Below are positions 1 through 9,085 of a DNA stretch of 64,000 nt, in pieces. A program made the translations under genes and the position numbers. Each line of letters begins with the position of its first letter. Positions within the stretch are counted from its first letter, which is position 1. This DNA is from a virus. Below the pieces are notes generated by a model that was not told the origin of the DNA, did no database searches, and saw only the letters and a program-made list of their open reading frames with translations. The DNA is taken from positions 36,520 to 100,519 of the IMG/VR virus record IMGVR_UViG_3300049844_000277. The stretch is one strand, 5' to 3'.

Positions 1-1203
1 AAACATTCCCGTAGACCCGAGTTGCTCAAGAAGCTGTGGGTGCTGTGCGAATAGGTCAAAAATATGACCTTGCATAGCTATAATACCGTCCAGCACGTGG
101 TCTGGAATCTGGGTTCCGGGCGCTAACCGCTCCACAATCATCTTAACAAATTCAGGCGTAGTGAGAATAACGCCAGCAGCGGACAGCGTAGAAAGCACCT
201 GCGCGACGGGATACTTAGATAAAGACTTTAGCGTATCGTCGTCGAACGACGGCATTCGCTGAACCGCGGGAAGAATCATATCGCGGTAACGCTGAATACC
301 GACGGCTTCCTGTTCAGACAAGGGCGACGTTTTGTGGTCAACTGCTACGCCTCGCACAATTTTATCAATGTCCGCGATTTTACGAATAGCAGCGCGCTTC
401 TCGTCCATCGCGTCTAGGTACTCACCGAGTTCAGCGGAGGTGCGTATGTTATACGCATTCTCTTCGGCTACTTTTTTGATCATATAGCCCGTGAGATCAG
501 CTGGCTTGGTTACAAAACTCAAATCGAAGAACTTTGGAGATGGATTGAGAGCTCCAGCGCGCAAGCCGCTAGCGGTTACTTGTCGCATTCCAAACTTTAG
601 GTGATCACAATACTGTTTACGTGTCGGAGCTTTGTGACCACAAACTGTGCAAACATCGTAGGCTATACGGGTTCCCATGCTTACAGCCGGATATTCTCCA
701 TCCGCGATCCGTTCCGCCAAATCCGGCGCGAGCTCATTCCTAAGTCCTAGGAGCAGCTCAACTCGATGCATTTGGGAGTTCCAAAATGCTTTGAGAATGT
801 CGCCGCAAGATTTCAGCGGATCTTTATTAAGATGGTGCCTATAGATCTTCCCGTGCGTCTCAAAACGCTTGTAATGATTCGGTAGAACTTCTTCTTGCGT
901 GACCCACGCGCCATCCGCCTGACAACAACCGCAAGTAGGTTTGAAACCGGTCTTGTAGGGGAACTCGTTGAAGCCGTCGCCATTACGGTTTAAATCGTAG
1001 GTTTCGTACGCTCCTAGCGCGATAACAAGAACAATGCTTGTTCCAGGTTTCGGCTCCACCGCTTTGATGTACTCAGACGCCTCGCTAGCCGTCTTAGTGA
1101 ACTTTTCACGCAAAGGTCTACCGTTGGCACCCCATAGAAGTACCGGTTGAACCGTTGCTTCGCCTGTAGCGAAGTGCGTGTCTAGTTCATAGATTTTCTT
1201 CAC
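1..1203 (-). CDS. Hypothetical protein, partial (C-terminal part lies beyond the window start). Several Cys pairs (CGCC, CTVCGH).
   Basis: Manual minus-strand translation gives an uninterrupted frame from a GTG at 1203 down to position 1. An AGGA Shine-Dalgarno sits about 9 nt upstream (acgAGGAttattcgcGTG). The ORF is absent from the track only because its stop is outside the window. Confidence 0.5.
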   Translation of the reverse strand, partial: MKKIYELDTHFATGEATVQPVLLWGANGRPLREKFTKTASEASEYIKAVEPKPGTSIVLVIALGAYETYDLNRNGDGFNEFPYKTGFKPTCGCCQADGAWVTQEEVLPNHYKRFETHGKIYRHHLNKDPLKSCGDILKAFWNSQMHRVELLLGLRNELAPDLAERIADGEYPAVSMGTRIAYDVCTVCGHKAPTRKQYCDHLKFGMRQVTASGLRAGALNPSPKFFDLSFVTKPADLTGYMIKKVAEENAYNIRTSAELGEYLDAMDEKRAAIRKIADIDKIVRGVAVDHKTSPLSEQEAVGIQRYRDMILPAVQRMPSFDDDTLKSLSKYPVAQVLSTLSAAGVILTTPEFVKMIVERLAPGTQIPDHVLDGIIAMQGHIFDLFAQHPQLLEQLGSTGMF

Positions 1204-1592
1204 GCGAATAATCCTCGTAACAACTTTACCGCGTACTCCCGCCCTAGTAGCTGAACAGAACGGGTTGCGTCGTAATCGGCCCCAGACAATTTCTCAAGCT
1301 GCGCAGATAGCACATCATCAACGAGAGACGCGGCTGCCAGCTTGTGCATGAGCTCGTTAACGACAGTAGTATCCGAAGCTACCTTTTCACCAATTCCTTG
1401 GGCGGTGTTCCAAAGTTCCAAGAACGCCGTAACAGTATCCGATGACGCGCTCTTCACTGTCCCGAACAGATTATCGCACGTTGACGCCAATAGCTGCTGC
1501 GCTTCCGCTGACACTGAAGGGTCGTCACTCGCAGCCAGCTTCTCAAGCCCGGCCACGGTCTGTAGCGTCTTCCAGAACGTGGGGTAGTGCAT
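1200..1592 (-). CDS. Hypothetical protein. The track ORF is 1200..1658; the start is probably the internal ATG at 1592.
   Basis: The internal ATG is preceded by a strong AAGGAG with 5-nt spacing. Starting here removes the 64-nt overlap with the upstream gene. Confidence 0.5.
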   Translation of the reverse strand: MHYPTFWKTLQTVAGLEKLAASDDPSVSAEAQQLLASTCDNLFGTVKSASSDTVTAFLELWNTAQGIGEKVASDTTVVNELMHKLAAASLVDDVLSAQLEKLSGADYDATRSVQLLGREYAVKLLRGLFA

Positions 1593-1594
1593 AG

Positions 1595-1816
1595 CTACTC
1601 CTTGTCCGTTTCGGTCAGAGAAGTAAGCGCGCTCAGACCCTTCTGAATCTGACGCCACTCCGCCAAACGCGTCATCATCTTCGCACCAATAATCTCAGAC
1701 GCCGTCTTTGCGTCTATCTCTTCCACGCCATACATTTTAGCCGCTATCTTGTTAAAGCCGAAACGACGTACCGCCTCGTGGAATTCAGGCGCGATAAACT
1801 CAGTTAAGTCTTGCAT
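1595..1816 (-). CDS. Small hypothetical protein. The track ORF is 1595..1846; the start is probably the ATG at 1816.
   Basis: GGAGGG RBS 7 nt upstream of the internal ATG. Starting here abuts the upstream gene's stop at 1818. Confidence 0.4.
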   Translation of the reverse strand: MQDLTEFIAPEFHEAVRRFGFNKIAAKMYGVEEIDAKTASEIIGAKMMTRLAEWRQIQKGLSALTSLTETDKE

Positions 1817-1817
1817 G

Positions 1818-2825
1818 TTAGTGCCCTCCGTACGTGGGCCGAGCATCCGCGATAGATCGCTCAGTATCCACTAAATTCTTGATAGTGGCATAATTTACGC
1901 CCGAGCCGCCAAGTACGGCTTCTCTAAGAAAAGACCTAACAGCATTAACATCTAAAGAAAGAGTAGGCGCGAATCTTACCATTGTACCGTAAGACTCTTT
2001 AAGCATCGACTTCGCCTCGGGATTACGCGAAATCGCGTCGCTTAGAACTGGGTCGGATTTGAGTAAAGTCTCGAATAGCGCTTTACGACGAGGTTCGACC
2101 ATAAAATGGTCTCTAAGCGCATCGAAACTCGTACCGATTCCGTGCGCCATTAAGCTAACCAGTGCTCCACCCGCTGACTGCCCTAAGCCTTTACCTAACC
2201 CTTCAACTACATTCTTTTGCGAAGATTCCCAGAACGTGGGTTCCGGCGGTAACGAACGTTTTACAGCACGGGACGCAGCTCTTGCGACAGCCGCTAAATC
2301 TTTTCTACGTTGTGCCCTTACTGCCGGAGGAATCTGGAAAGATGGTGTAGCTGCTTCCTTGGTCATCGAATGGAGCTCAGCTTTTTTCTCCAAAAACTTA
2401 TCCAGACTGGCGGTAATAACTCTCGTTGGATCCGCGTAAGCGTTCATGAGTTCTTCCTCATTTTGTCTCTGGGAAGCGTCAAAGGCTTTACCAAGTATAG
2501 GCGCTAAAAACGCAGTACCTATGGCGGCTCCAGCCAATCTAGGACGCTTGGAAAGAAAACCGTGTGCGCCCTGTAAACCTCGCGCTAAAACACCTGACTC
2601 GTTTGACGCAGGGGATAAAAATTTATCAATACCTCGACCAACGGTACCCGCTAAATTCTTAACACCTTCCGCGGTTCCCTTAGCGCTTTCAATAAGCGCA
2701 AGGCCACGACGTAGGTGTCCTCGTTGACCTTCGGGAAGCTCGGTGAGAACCTCGCGCGGATCTCTTCCGAGAGCCGTCTTCTCGAACAAAGCATCCACGT
2801 ATTCTTTAAAGAGTGCGTTATTCAC
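1818..2825 (-). CDS. Hypothetical protein (335 aa)
   Basis: Long ORF with a GTG start immediately after the upstream gene's stop, suggesting translational coupling. No motif recognised. Confidence 0.55.
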   Translation of the reverse strand: MNNALFKEYVDALFEKTALGRDPREVLTELPEGQRGHLRRGLALIESAKGTAEGVKNLAGTVGRGIDKFLSPASNESGVLARGLQGAHGFLSKRPRLAGAAIGTAFLAPILGKAFDASQRQNEEELMNAYADPTRVITASLDKFLEKKAELHSMTKEAATPSFQIPPAVRAQRRKDLAAVARAASRAVKRSLPPEPTFWESSQKNVVEGLGKGLGQSAGGALVSLMAHGIGTSFDALRDHFMVEPRRKALFETLLKSDPVLSDAISRNPEAKSMLKESYGTMVRFAPTLSLDVNAVRSFLREAVLGGSGVNYATIKNLVDTERSIADARPTYGGH

Positions 2826-2826
2826 G

Positions 2827-3639
2827 TCAGCGCCCTAGAGCAGGCATGTTTTTATCGACCCAAGCTAACGCCTTCGTCATTTTCTCGTAGGTCTGCCGCT
2901 CGGCGCACGCTTCCTTCAAGAGCTTCAGTTCCGGTGTTTCATCGGTCACCACGCGCTCTTGTAAAAAAGCTACCTTTTCAAAATCGGGCGGCGTGTGCTT
3001 GACGCGTAACTCCTCATACAAGAAAGCCATTTCCGCGGAAGCATCTGCGCCTAATTCTGCCCATGCGTTCTTTTCAAATTCGCTGAACTTGGGTCCGTAT
3101 CCCGGTGCTTTCTTGAATGTGCGAGCCAGGGAAGCCAATTTCTCCTCCCACTTTGCTCCGGCGGAAATCTTTTCAAGCTTAAACTCTGTAGCCAACTTTC
3201 GAAGATTCATTACAACAATATCTTCGCGGGCAGGTTTTTCAGTATACTCGGCAGTCTTCTCTTCTAGAGGTCCATCGAACTTCCGACCCAAACGCTTTTC
3301 CCGCATCATGTCGGGAACTTCGTTAGCTAGCTTATCGTTATGAACGCTGGCCGGACGAGGAGGCTCATTAGCCGTATTTAGTAGATTTCGAATTACGGTC
3401 TCAGGATCCCCTGTATCGAATTCAATCATACGGTCAGGGGCTCCTTCTTTCGCCTTGAACATGTTTTGAAAAACATAAACATTGGCCAGGCGAACAAGCG
3501 TTCGAATCTCGTCCGGATTTAGCTTGTGCTCTGAAGCAAACTTTTCGCAGAGTTCGTTAAGACTCTTTTTCGATACGAGATGCTGCTCTGCGATTCCCTG
3601 CGCATTCTTAATAAACTCATTCTCAGACCAGCGTGGCAT
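2827..3639 (-). CDS. Hypothetical protein (270 aa)
   Basis: Long ORF in the co-directional minus-strand block. No motif recognised. Confidence 0.55.
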   Translation of the reverse strand: MPRWSENEFIKNAQGIAEQHLVSKKSLNELCEKFASEHKLNPDEIRTLVRLANVYVFQNMFKAKEGAPDRMIEFDTGDPETVIRNLLNTANEPPRPASVHNDKLANEVPDMMREKRLGRKFDGPLEEKTAEYTEKPAREDIVVMNLRKLATEFKLEKISAGAKWEEKLASLARTFKKAPGYGPKFSEFEKNAWAELGADASAEMAFLYEELRVKHTPPDFEKVAFLQERVVTDETPELKLLKEACAERQTYEKMTKALAWVDKNMPALGR

Positions 3640-3701
3640 TGGAAAGCTCCTTGCGAAGTTGTGTCCAGCGCCACGCTGAGTAGAAGAAGTCGGCCATGGC
3701 G

Positions 3702-4394
3702 TTAGTGCAGAATATCATCGAGCGGAACGGGAGCTTTTTCAACTGGGATTGTTTCGTCCTTACCTTCCAAGGCAATCCGTAGCTCTTCGTAAGCTTGTTT
3801 CGCTTCTTGAGGCTCCATCTTCTCAAGAATCTCTGCGTTCTTGATAGCCGTGGTCCACCACTTCTGAGCCTCCTTGGCTACGCGACTTGTAAGGCTATTC
3901 CCCTTGTGCGACATTCCTCGATAAAAAGAATCGATCATCGTATGTCGAACAATGGTACGAGTATCCACGGCGTCGCGTCCGCCATACATCCAAACCAGAT
4001 AATCTGAGCCGACCATTACGCCCGTCTTCAACAGCTCTACTGCGTAAGGGTCTCCGTCATACATGGAAGCATAGCTAATTCTTTCCAACCGGTTTCTGAA
4101 AACCGTAACATCGAAAAAGAGGTACGTGTAAGTTAGTAAAACCGATACGGGAATACTAAGTACACGCGAAACCGTAGTCGGGTCTGCGTCAGACAAAATA
4201 AACGCATCCATGACTGCACGGTGATTGCTGTCTAAGTACAAGTCGTACGCGTACTCTACCGTCGGGCTCACTTCTCCTCGGTCAACTATGTACGCGTACA
4301 ATGACTTCTCTAACTCGCCTTCAGGCGCAGGCGCAGAAGTCTTTACCATTTCCAACACCGCCTCAAACCGATGGCGGGGAGATATCTGTCGCAT
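3702..4394 (-). CDS. Hypothetical protein (230 aa)
   Basis: Long ORF in the minus-strand block. Confidence 0.55.
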   Translation of the reverse strand: MRQISPRHRFEAVLEMVKTSAPAPEGELEKSLYAYIVDRGEVSPTVEYAYDLYLDSNHRAVMDAFILSDADPTTVSRVLSIPVSVLLTYTYLFFDVTVFRNRLERISYASMYDGDPYAVELLKTGVMVGSDYLVWMYGGRDAVDTRTIVRHTMIDSFYRGMSHKGNSLTSRVAKEAQKWWTTAIKNAEILEKMEPQEAKQAYEELRIALEGKDETIPVEKAPVPLDDILH

Positions 4395-4396
4395 AA

Positions 4397-7180
4397 TTAC
4401 CCCCGATATACGCTAGGGTCGTTTTGATTTCGAAGAACCAGAGTATTCTGGTTAATCTTCAAAATTAAATCACCCATTCCGCGGAATGTCGAGCGCAGAT
4501 TATCTTCCAGGGAAACGTAAGCAATGTCTCCGACATCACCCTTAATTCGAGTCTCATCCATCCAAAGAGTGAGTAAAACCCGCCCTAAGTTATCCAGAGA
4601 TTTCTCAAGATTAGGGAGATAGCCGGCAACCATTTCCTTAATCGCCGGAGCTTGGGCCATTGATGCCAGCGCTGCAGCGTCAAACGTGCCCGCGTCGTTA
4701 AGCTGCCCCGCTTGCTCAATGAATTGCGGATTCACCTGAGACTGGACGGTATCCACCGAACCGTCATCCGCTGCCATCATAGCTTGCGGAGGCTGCTGCT
4801 GCGCCTGAGCATTAGGGTCAGCGGCCATTTGAGCATTAGGGTCCGCACCCATCTGCTGCTGCGGTGCAGCCATTCCTTGAACCGGCGCGCCTGCGCCCAT
4901 CATCGACGGGTCCATTGGACCACCCATCGCAGCTGCCGCTGCGGCGGGAGCAGCTCCGGCTCCCCCGCCACTAGCAATCATACTCGCCCGCTGCTGGATG
5001 GCTTGAACCATCTGCTGCATTTGCGTCAAAGCCTGCATCTGGCTTTGAATGTTCTGCATCTGTTCAGCGACCGCCATATCAACGGGCGACGGACCTTGCG
5101 GAGGCTGCATCTGCGCCATCTGCATCTGCTGCATCGCGGCCTCAGCGGGATCGGCTTGCTCAGGCTGCTTCTCGGCGGCGCTCTTAGCGCGGCTCCGGAA
5201 TCCGGATTCCATCTTAGCCATGCTGTTGAACCGCTCCCCTGCCTGACGTGATGTCTCGCTAGCGCCGGGCTTGGAGAGGCGGGCCGAGGGCTCTTGCATC
5301 TTGCGAAGAACCGCTGAATCAGCGCTGCGTACTTTTTCAGCGATTACTCGGGGATCCCTAATTGACGTACGGTTCTCAGCAACGCTCAGCCGAGCCGCCA
5401 CCTTCTCCAACTTCTCCGGCTCAATAATCCAGAAAGAATAGTTCCCCTTCTCCGCCGCTTGCTTCAGGGCAAACTCAGCGTCATCAACAGAGATGACCGC
5501 GTCCGTTGCCAGCTTACGCAACGCTGAAACGAAGTTTGGCGCGTACTCACCAGAGATATTGAAACCATTCTCTCCGGTGTACTTCGACACCTTCACCTTC
5601 TCCGCGCCTTCAGCCAACATAGCGTCGGTCGTCCAGCAGAAGATGCTCTTCGGCGTGGTGAGGAAATCGCGCTGCGTGAGCTCATTCTTGGTTGGAAACC
5701 AAACGAAGTTGCTCGGCAAATAGACAATGTCCCCGTGCGTAGGAATCATTAGCTTACTGCCAGGATATTTATCGTCAGTAACCAGCGTCTTCTTGCCCCA
5801 AGAACCAATCACATCGATCCGTCGACTACCCTCAAAATCAGAGGTAACTGAATCAATAGTAACCGGAGCCGTGGCAACAAACGATGCACCGCGACGCTGA
5901 ACAAAGATACCCTTCTGACCCTTGCGAGGACCTGCGGCAGACGCTTCACCAACAGCCTTCTTGAAGACCTCAGAGCCTTCAAGCTGACTCATCGCTACTT
6001 GCGTACCGAGAAGGTCCGTAGAATCTATGAGGTCGCCGTCTTCGGTAATACCGACGTAACGGTCAATATGAAACTCATCCCGATAGCCGTCCTTGCCAGG
6101 GACACGGTACCGCTCATTGTGGCCCTGCATCTCATTCGCAGGTGCTGCGTTTGAGGGACGGAAACGAATGTTACGCGAAGGAATTCGCTTACCTTCAGCA
6201 TCGCCGAATAGGTTGATGGGGTTCGCGATAACTAAAGCAACAACAGGCTTACCGTCGCGCTTCCATAACTTGTAAGCACCGGCATCCTTAGGCTCATGTA
6301 AATCAAGATACGGTTGAATCGCTACCGCGCGATTAACACGCTTACGGTCATCCTTGGCGTAATAGCCCTTTACCTTCACGCCTTGAAAAGCGGCGGGTGA
6401 CTTAGGCCCAAAGATGTCTTTGAATTCAGCGGACGTAGTCTTGTCGTCCGCGACATACAACGCGCCACCATGATTCTTGATTCCACCGCCGTAGTCAGCC
6501 GTTTTCAGCGCATCGACAAGCGGCTTTTCACCATAGAACCACACCGCTTGCTTGAGCAATCGGGGCCGCGTCTCAAGCATCTTGGCCGCAGCCTTCTTGA
6601 CGCGAGAGGGCGCATTGCTGAGGAAAGTTAAAAATGAAAGCTCAGGCTCAGTCTGATTTCGTGCTTCATCAAAGACACGACTCGCCTGCTTAACCGCACC
6701 AGAGACGTCCGAGGCATAGCTGTAACGTCCAGTCGTCGGAGGAACGACCGTATTACGAATGTCGACGTCCGTCGGCATCGTTGTGGGCGGAGTTACACCC
6801 TTGCCCATTTCACCCAGAGATTGCTTGTCCAACTCCTCCAACCAGTCTTTGGATAGTGGGACGAAGACATTCAGATTCTTGTAGTACAAAATGTCCAGCG
6901 GCTTAATCTGATTATCCGCCATCACAACAGGAACGTAGAGCGTCTGCCCTCGCCTAAGGATAACAAACGCGCCGACACCCGAGCCGTCATCGGGTGAAGT
7001 TTCCAGGACTTTGAATGTAACAACGTCCGGAGCAATATTGGGTAATTTCGAGAGGAGGACGTTGTACGCCATTTGGGAAAGACCTTGGTCGAACAAAGCT
7101 TTCGCTTGATCGCCGGTTCCTCCCAGCTGTCCCATCGCTTGCGTCCTAGGCGAAATCGCTGGCATGTCATCTCCCGACAA
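4397..7180 (-). CDS. Large hypothetical protein (927 aa), possibly a virion/structural component, with a central Q/M/A/G-rich low-complexity segment.
   Basis: Single long ORF. Residues about 640-790 are MQQMQMAQMQ.../AAPAAAAAAMGG... low complexity, encoded by short direct DNA repeats (gagcattagggtc twice near 4806-4843). Confidence 0.6.
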   Translation of the reverse strand: MSGDDMPAISPRTQAMGQLGGTGDQAKALFDQGLSQMAYNVLLSKLPNIAPDVVTFKVLETSPDDGSGVGAFVILRRGQTLYVPVVMADNQIKPLDILYYKNLNVFVPLSKDWLEELDKQSLGEMGKGVTPPTTMPTDVDIRNTVVPPTTGRYSYASDVSGAVKQASRVFDEARNQTEPELSFLTFLSNAPSRVKKAAAKMLETRPRLLKQAVWFYGEKPLVDALKTADYGGGIKNHGGALYVADDKTTSAEFKDIFGPKSPAAFQGVKVKGYYAKDDRKRVNRAVAIQPYLDLHEPKDAGAYKLWKRDGKPVVALVIANPINLFGDAEGKRIPSRNIRFRPSNAAPANEMQGHNERYRVPGKDGYRDEFHIDRYVGITEDGDLIDSTDLLGTQVAMSQLEGSEVFKKAVGEASAAGPRKGQKGIFVQRRGASFVATAPVTIDSVTSDFEGSRRIDVIGSWGKKTLVTDDKYPGSKLMIPTHGDIVYLPSNFVWFPTKNELTQRDFLTTPKSIFCWTTDAMLAEGAEKVKVSKYTGENGFNISGEYAPNFVSALRKLATDAVISVDDAEFALKQAAEKGNYSFWIIEPEKLEKVAARLSVAENRTSIRDPRVIAEKVRSADSAVLRKMQEPSARLSKPGASETSRQAGERFNSMAKMESGFRSRAKSAAEKQPEQADPAEAAMQQMQMAQMQPPQGPSPVDMAVAEQMQNIQSQMQALTQMQQMVQAIQQRASMIASGGGAGAAPAAAAAAMGGPMDPSMMGAGAPVQGMAAPQQQMGADPNAQMAADPNAQAQQQPPQAMMAADDGSVDTVQSQVNPQFIEQAGQLNDAGTFDAAALASMAQAPAIKEMVAGYLPNLEKSLDNLGRVLLTLWMDETRIKGDVGDIAYVSLEDNLRSTFRGMGDLILKINQNTLVLRNQNDPSVYRG

Positions 7181-7268
7181 AAATCATTGTACTACGTAAA
7201 GCGAAACGGCCGCCGGTCCATTAGGACCCAGCGGCCGTCGTGGGCCCACTAACTGGGAGCGAAGGAAC

Positions 7269-8528
7269 TTAGCTCGCCGAAGCCGCGATTTCTCGAATGC
7301 GACCCAGAAGAGCGCTCTCCTTCTTCTGAGCCTTACCCGATTCGTCCTCGTGCTCAACTTCCTTCTTCATCTTCTTGCCCTTCTCAGACTTCGACTCGTC
7401 GCCCTTCATACCTTCCGCGCAAGCCGCCTCTGCTGCCTTCTTCTCCGCATGCAGATGGTTTAAGTACTCCTGCCTCGCGGTGTGGTCGTACCCAATCATC
7501 CGGCTGATAGCCGCAACCTTCTCGTCATCGCTCATCTCCGGAAGGTACGGACCCACGTCTTCCGCGGTCTTCTTAAAGAGGACCAGGAAAGCATCTTCCT
7601 CTGAAGTCTTGGAAGCTTCAATGACCGAGTTCGTCCCAGCGGGGCTGTTCTTAGGCGCCTTAGGGTGCGGCATCTCAGTGCCGACATGGTGCGTCTGAGG
7701 CTCCGAGATGTTGGCGTTACCCATTCCAACTAGGTACGCCCCCTGAGGACGATTCTTTGCGTCAAGCTTCGCCACTGAATCTACCGAGTCGGTAAGCTTG
7801 TTCTTGTCCTTACCGTCATGTAGTCCAACGAGCTTATTCGCAATCTTCTTAAGCTCGGCATCAAGCCCCGCCGCCTTCGCCGAACCGGCGTCCTTCGCTA
7901 CCGAATTCGTACCAGCAGGCGTATTCGCTGGACCCTTGGGATTCTTGCTCAAGTCACCAACGTGACCCTGCATAGACTCGAGCTCAGTCTTGCCCATGCC
8001 GTGGTGATACATTCCCTCGGGTCGTTGCTTTTGGTCTAACGCAGCAACCTCCCCATTATGTGCAGCTTGCGCGGGGTCATTACCCTTGTCGCCACCGTGC
8101 ATGAGAGCGCCGCCGGATGCTTGCTTAACCTCTTCCGCAGCCTTGGTCATACAGGCAACAGCCTCTTCGCCCGCAAGAGACTCGTAGTCCGCTTGAGCAG
8201 CGGTCTTCGTAACTTCAGCAGCAGCTTTTGCTACCTCGGGGCTGGGAGGAGGAAGCGGCATACCGCCCTCACCCGGAGGACCACCGGCAGCGCCGGCCTG
8301 CTCCATGAGCGCGTGAGCAATTTCCATGAGCTTATTCGCCACAGCGGCAAGCTCTTCCGGCGAATGACCGCCCTCAGGAGAAACTTCCGGCATTGGCGCG
8401 GCTACCGGAGAATCGGCGACAGCATCCGCCGCCTCATCCATGGCTTCCTTTGACGGAAACGCGATGATCCCCTGGCGAACCAGTTCGTGTGCAACTCCCC
8501 GTGCTGCGGCGCGCTTAAAGAGTCCCAT
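7269..8528 (-). CDS. Acidic Ala/Gly-rich hypothetical protein (419 aa) with an internal tandem duplication of an about 45-aa module.
   Basis: The modules ...RPEGMYHHGMGKTELESMQGHVGDLSKNPKGPANTPAGTNSV... and ...RPQGAYLVGMGNANISEPQTHHVGTEMPHPKAPKNSPAGTNSV... are clearly homologous. Confidence 0.55.
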   Translation of the reverse strand: MGLFKRAAARGVAHELVRQGIIAFPSKEAMDEAADAVADSPVAAPMPEVSPEGGHSPEELAAVANKLMEIAHALMEQAGAAGGPPGEGGMPLPPPSPEVAKAAAEVTKTAAQADYESLAGEEAVACMTKAAEEVKQASGGALMHGGDKGNDPAQAAHNGEVAALDQKQRPEGMYHHGMGKTELESMQGHVGDLSKNPKGPANTPAGTNSVAKDAGSAKAAGLDAELKKIANKLVGLHDGKDKNKLTDSVDSVAKLDAKNRPQGAYLVGMGNANISEPQTHHVGTEMPHPKAPKNSPAGTNSVIEASKTSEEDAFLVLFKKTAEDVGPYLPEMSDDEKVAAISRMIGYDHTARQEYLNHLHAEKKAAEAACAEGMKGDESKSEKGKKMKKEVEHEDESGKAQKKESALLGRIREIAASAS

Positions 8529-8633
8529 GAAAGTTTGCTCCTTTTACTTTTACTTTGGCCGGAGTGTAGGCCAATGGTTGAGATTTAACAATCAATGTAG
8601 TCGGTCGGCGCCGCTACGTACAACTTAGGAGAA

Positions 8634-9083
8634 TCACCCGCCTGAAACAACTTCAGGCTTTGTATCGAACTTGCGCCCCAGTTCGCGCCCAAGAGTTCCT
8701 AACAACATACCACCGCCAAGCTGTCCCGCAAATCCGCCCAAAGGAGCCCCTAACAGAGACCCTGTTAAATTTCCAATAGCTTGTCCTACTACTTCTCCGC
8801 GATATTCAGACGGTGTCGCCTTAGTTTGTAGTGCTGTAAACACCAAAGGAAGCGTAAGAGTTCGCGAAAGATCTCCGCCTGTACGCGGTAAACCTTGCGT
8901 GTATAATCCTGTCTCTGGGTGAAAAAGTGTGCCGTGGTATATTTGCTTTGCGGCCTCTATCGGTCTTCCAATCGCTGAAATGCGTGCCGCCGTAAGAAAA
9001 TCACGAAACGCTCCCGCGCACTTAGTAGCCTCGAAATCTCGTAGTGCGTTTGACGCGCCTGCTATATACGCCCAGTCACGCAT
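8634..9083 (-). CDS. Small Gly-rich hypothetical protein with a hydrophobic C-terminus.
   Basis: ORF in the operon. The C-terminal GGFAGQLGGGMLLGTLG segment is membrane-like. Confidence 0.4.
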   Translation of the reverse strand: MRDWAYIAGASNALRDFEATKCAGAFRDFLTAARISAIGRPIEAAKQIYHGTLFHPETGLYTQGLPRTGGDLSRTLTLPLVFTALQTKATPSEYRGEVVGQAIGNLTGSLLGAPLGGFAGQLGGGMLLGTLGRELGRKFDTKPEVVSGG

Positions 9084-9085
9084 AA

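Noticed and set aside
4712-5251. 179-aa plus-strand ORF (R/H/L-rich) and neighbours 5049..5246.
   Set aside because: Antisense to the well-supported 927-aa minus-strand gene. Its composition is an artefact of the GC-rich Q/M/A-coding repeats.
7202-7240. GC-rich imperfect hairpin (acggccgccgg...cagcggccgt) between the 419-aa and 927-aa genes as a terminator.
   Set aside because: The stem is bulged. The nearest U-tract on the minus-strand transcript is about 30 nt away. It lies inside a co-transcribed block. Possibly an RNA processing or attenuation element, but unsupported.
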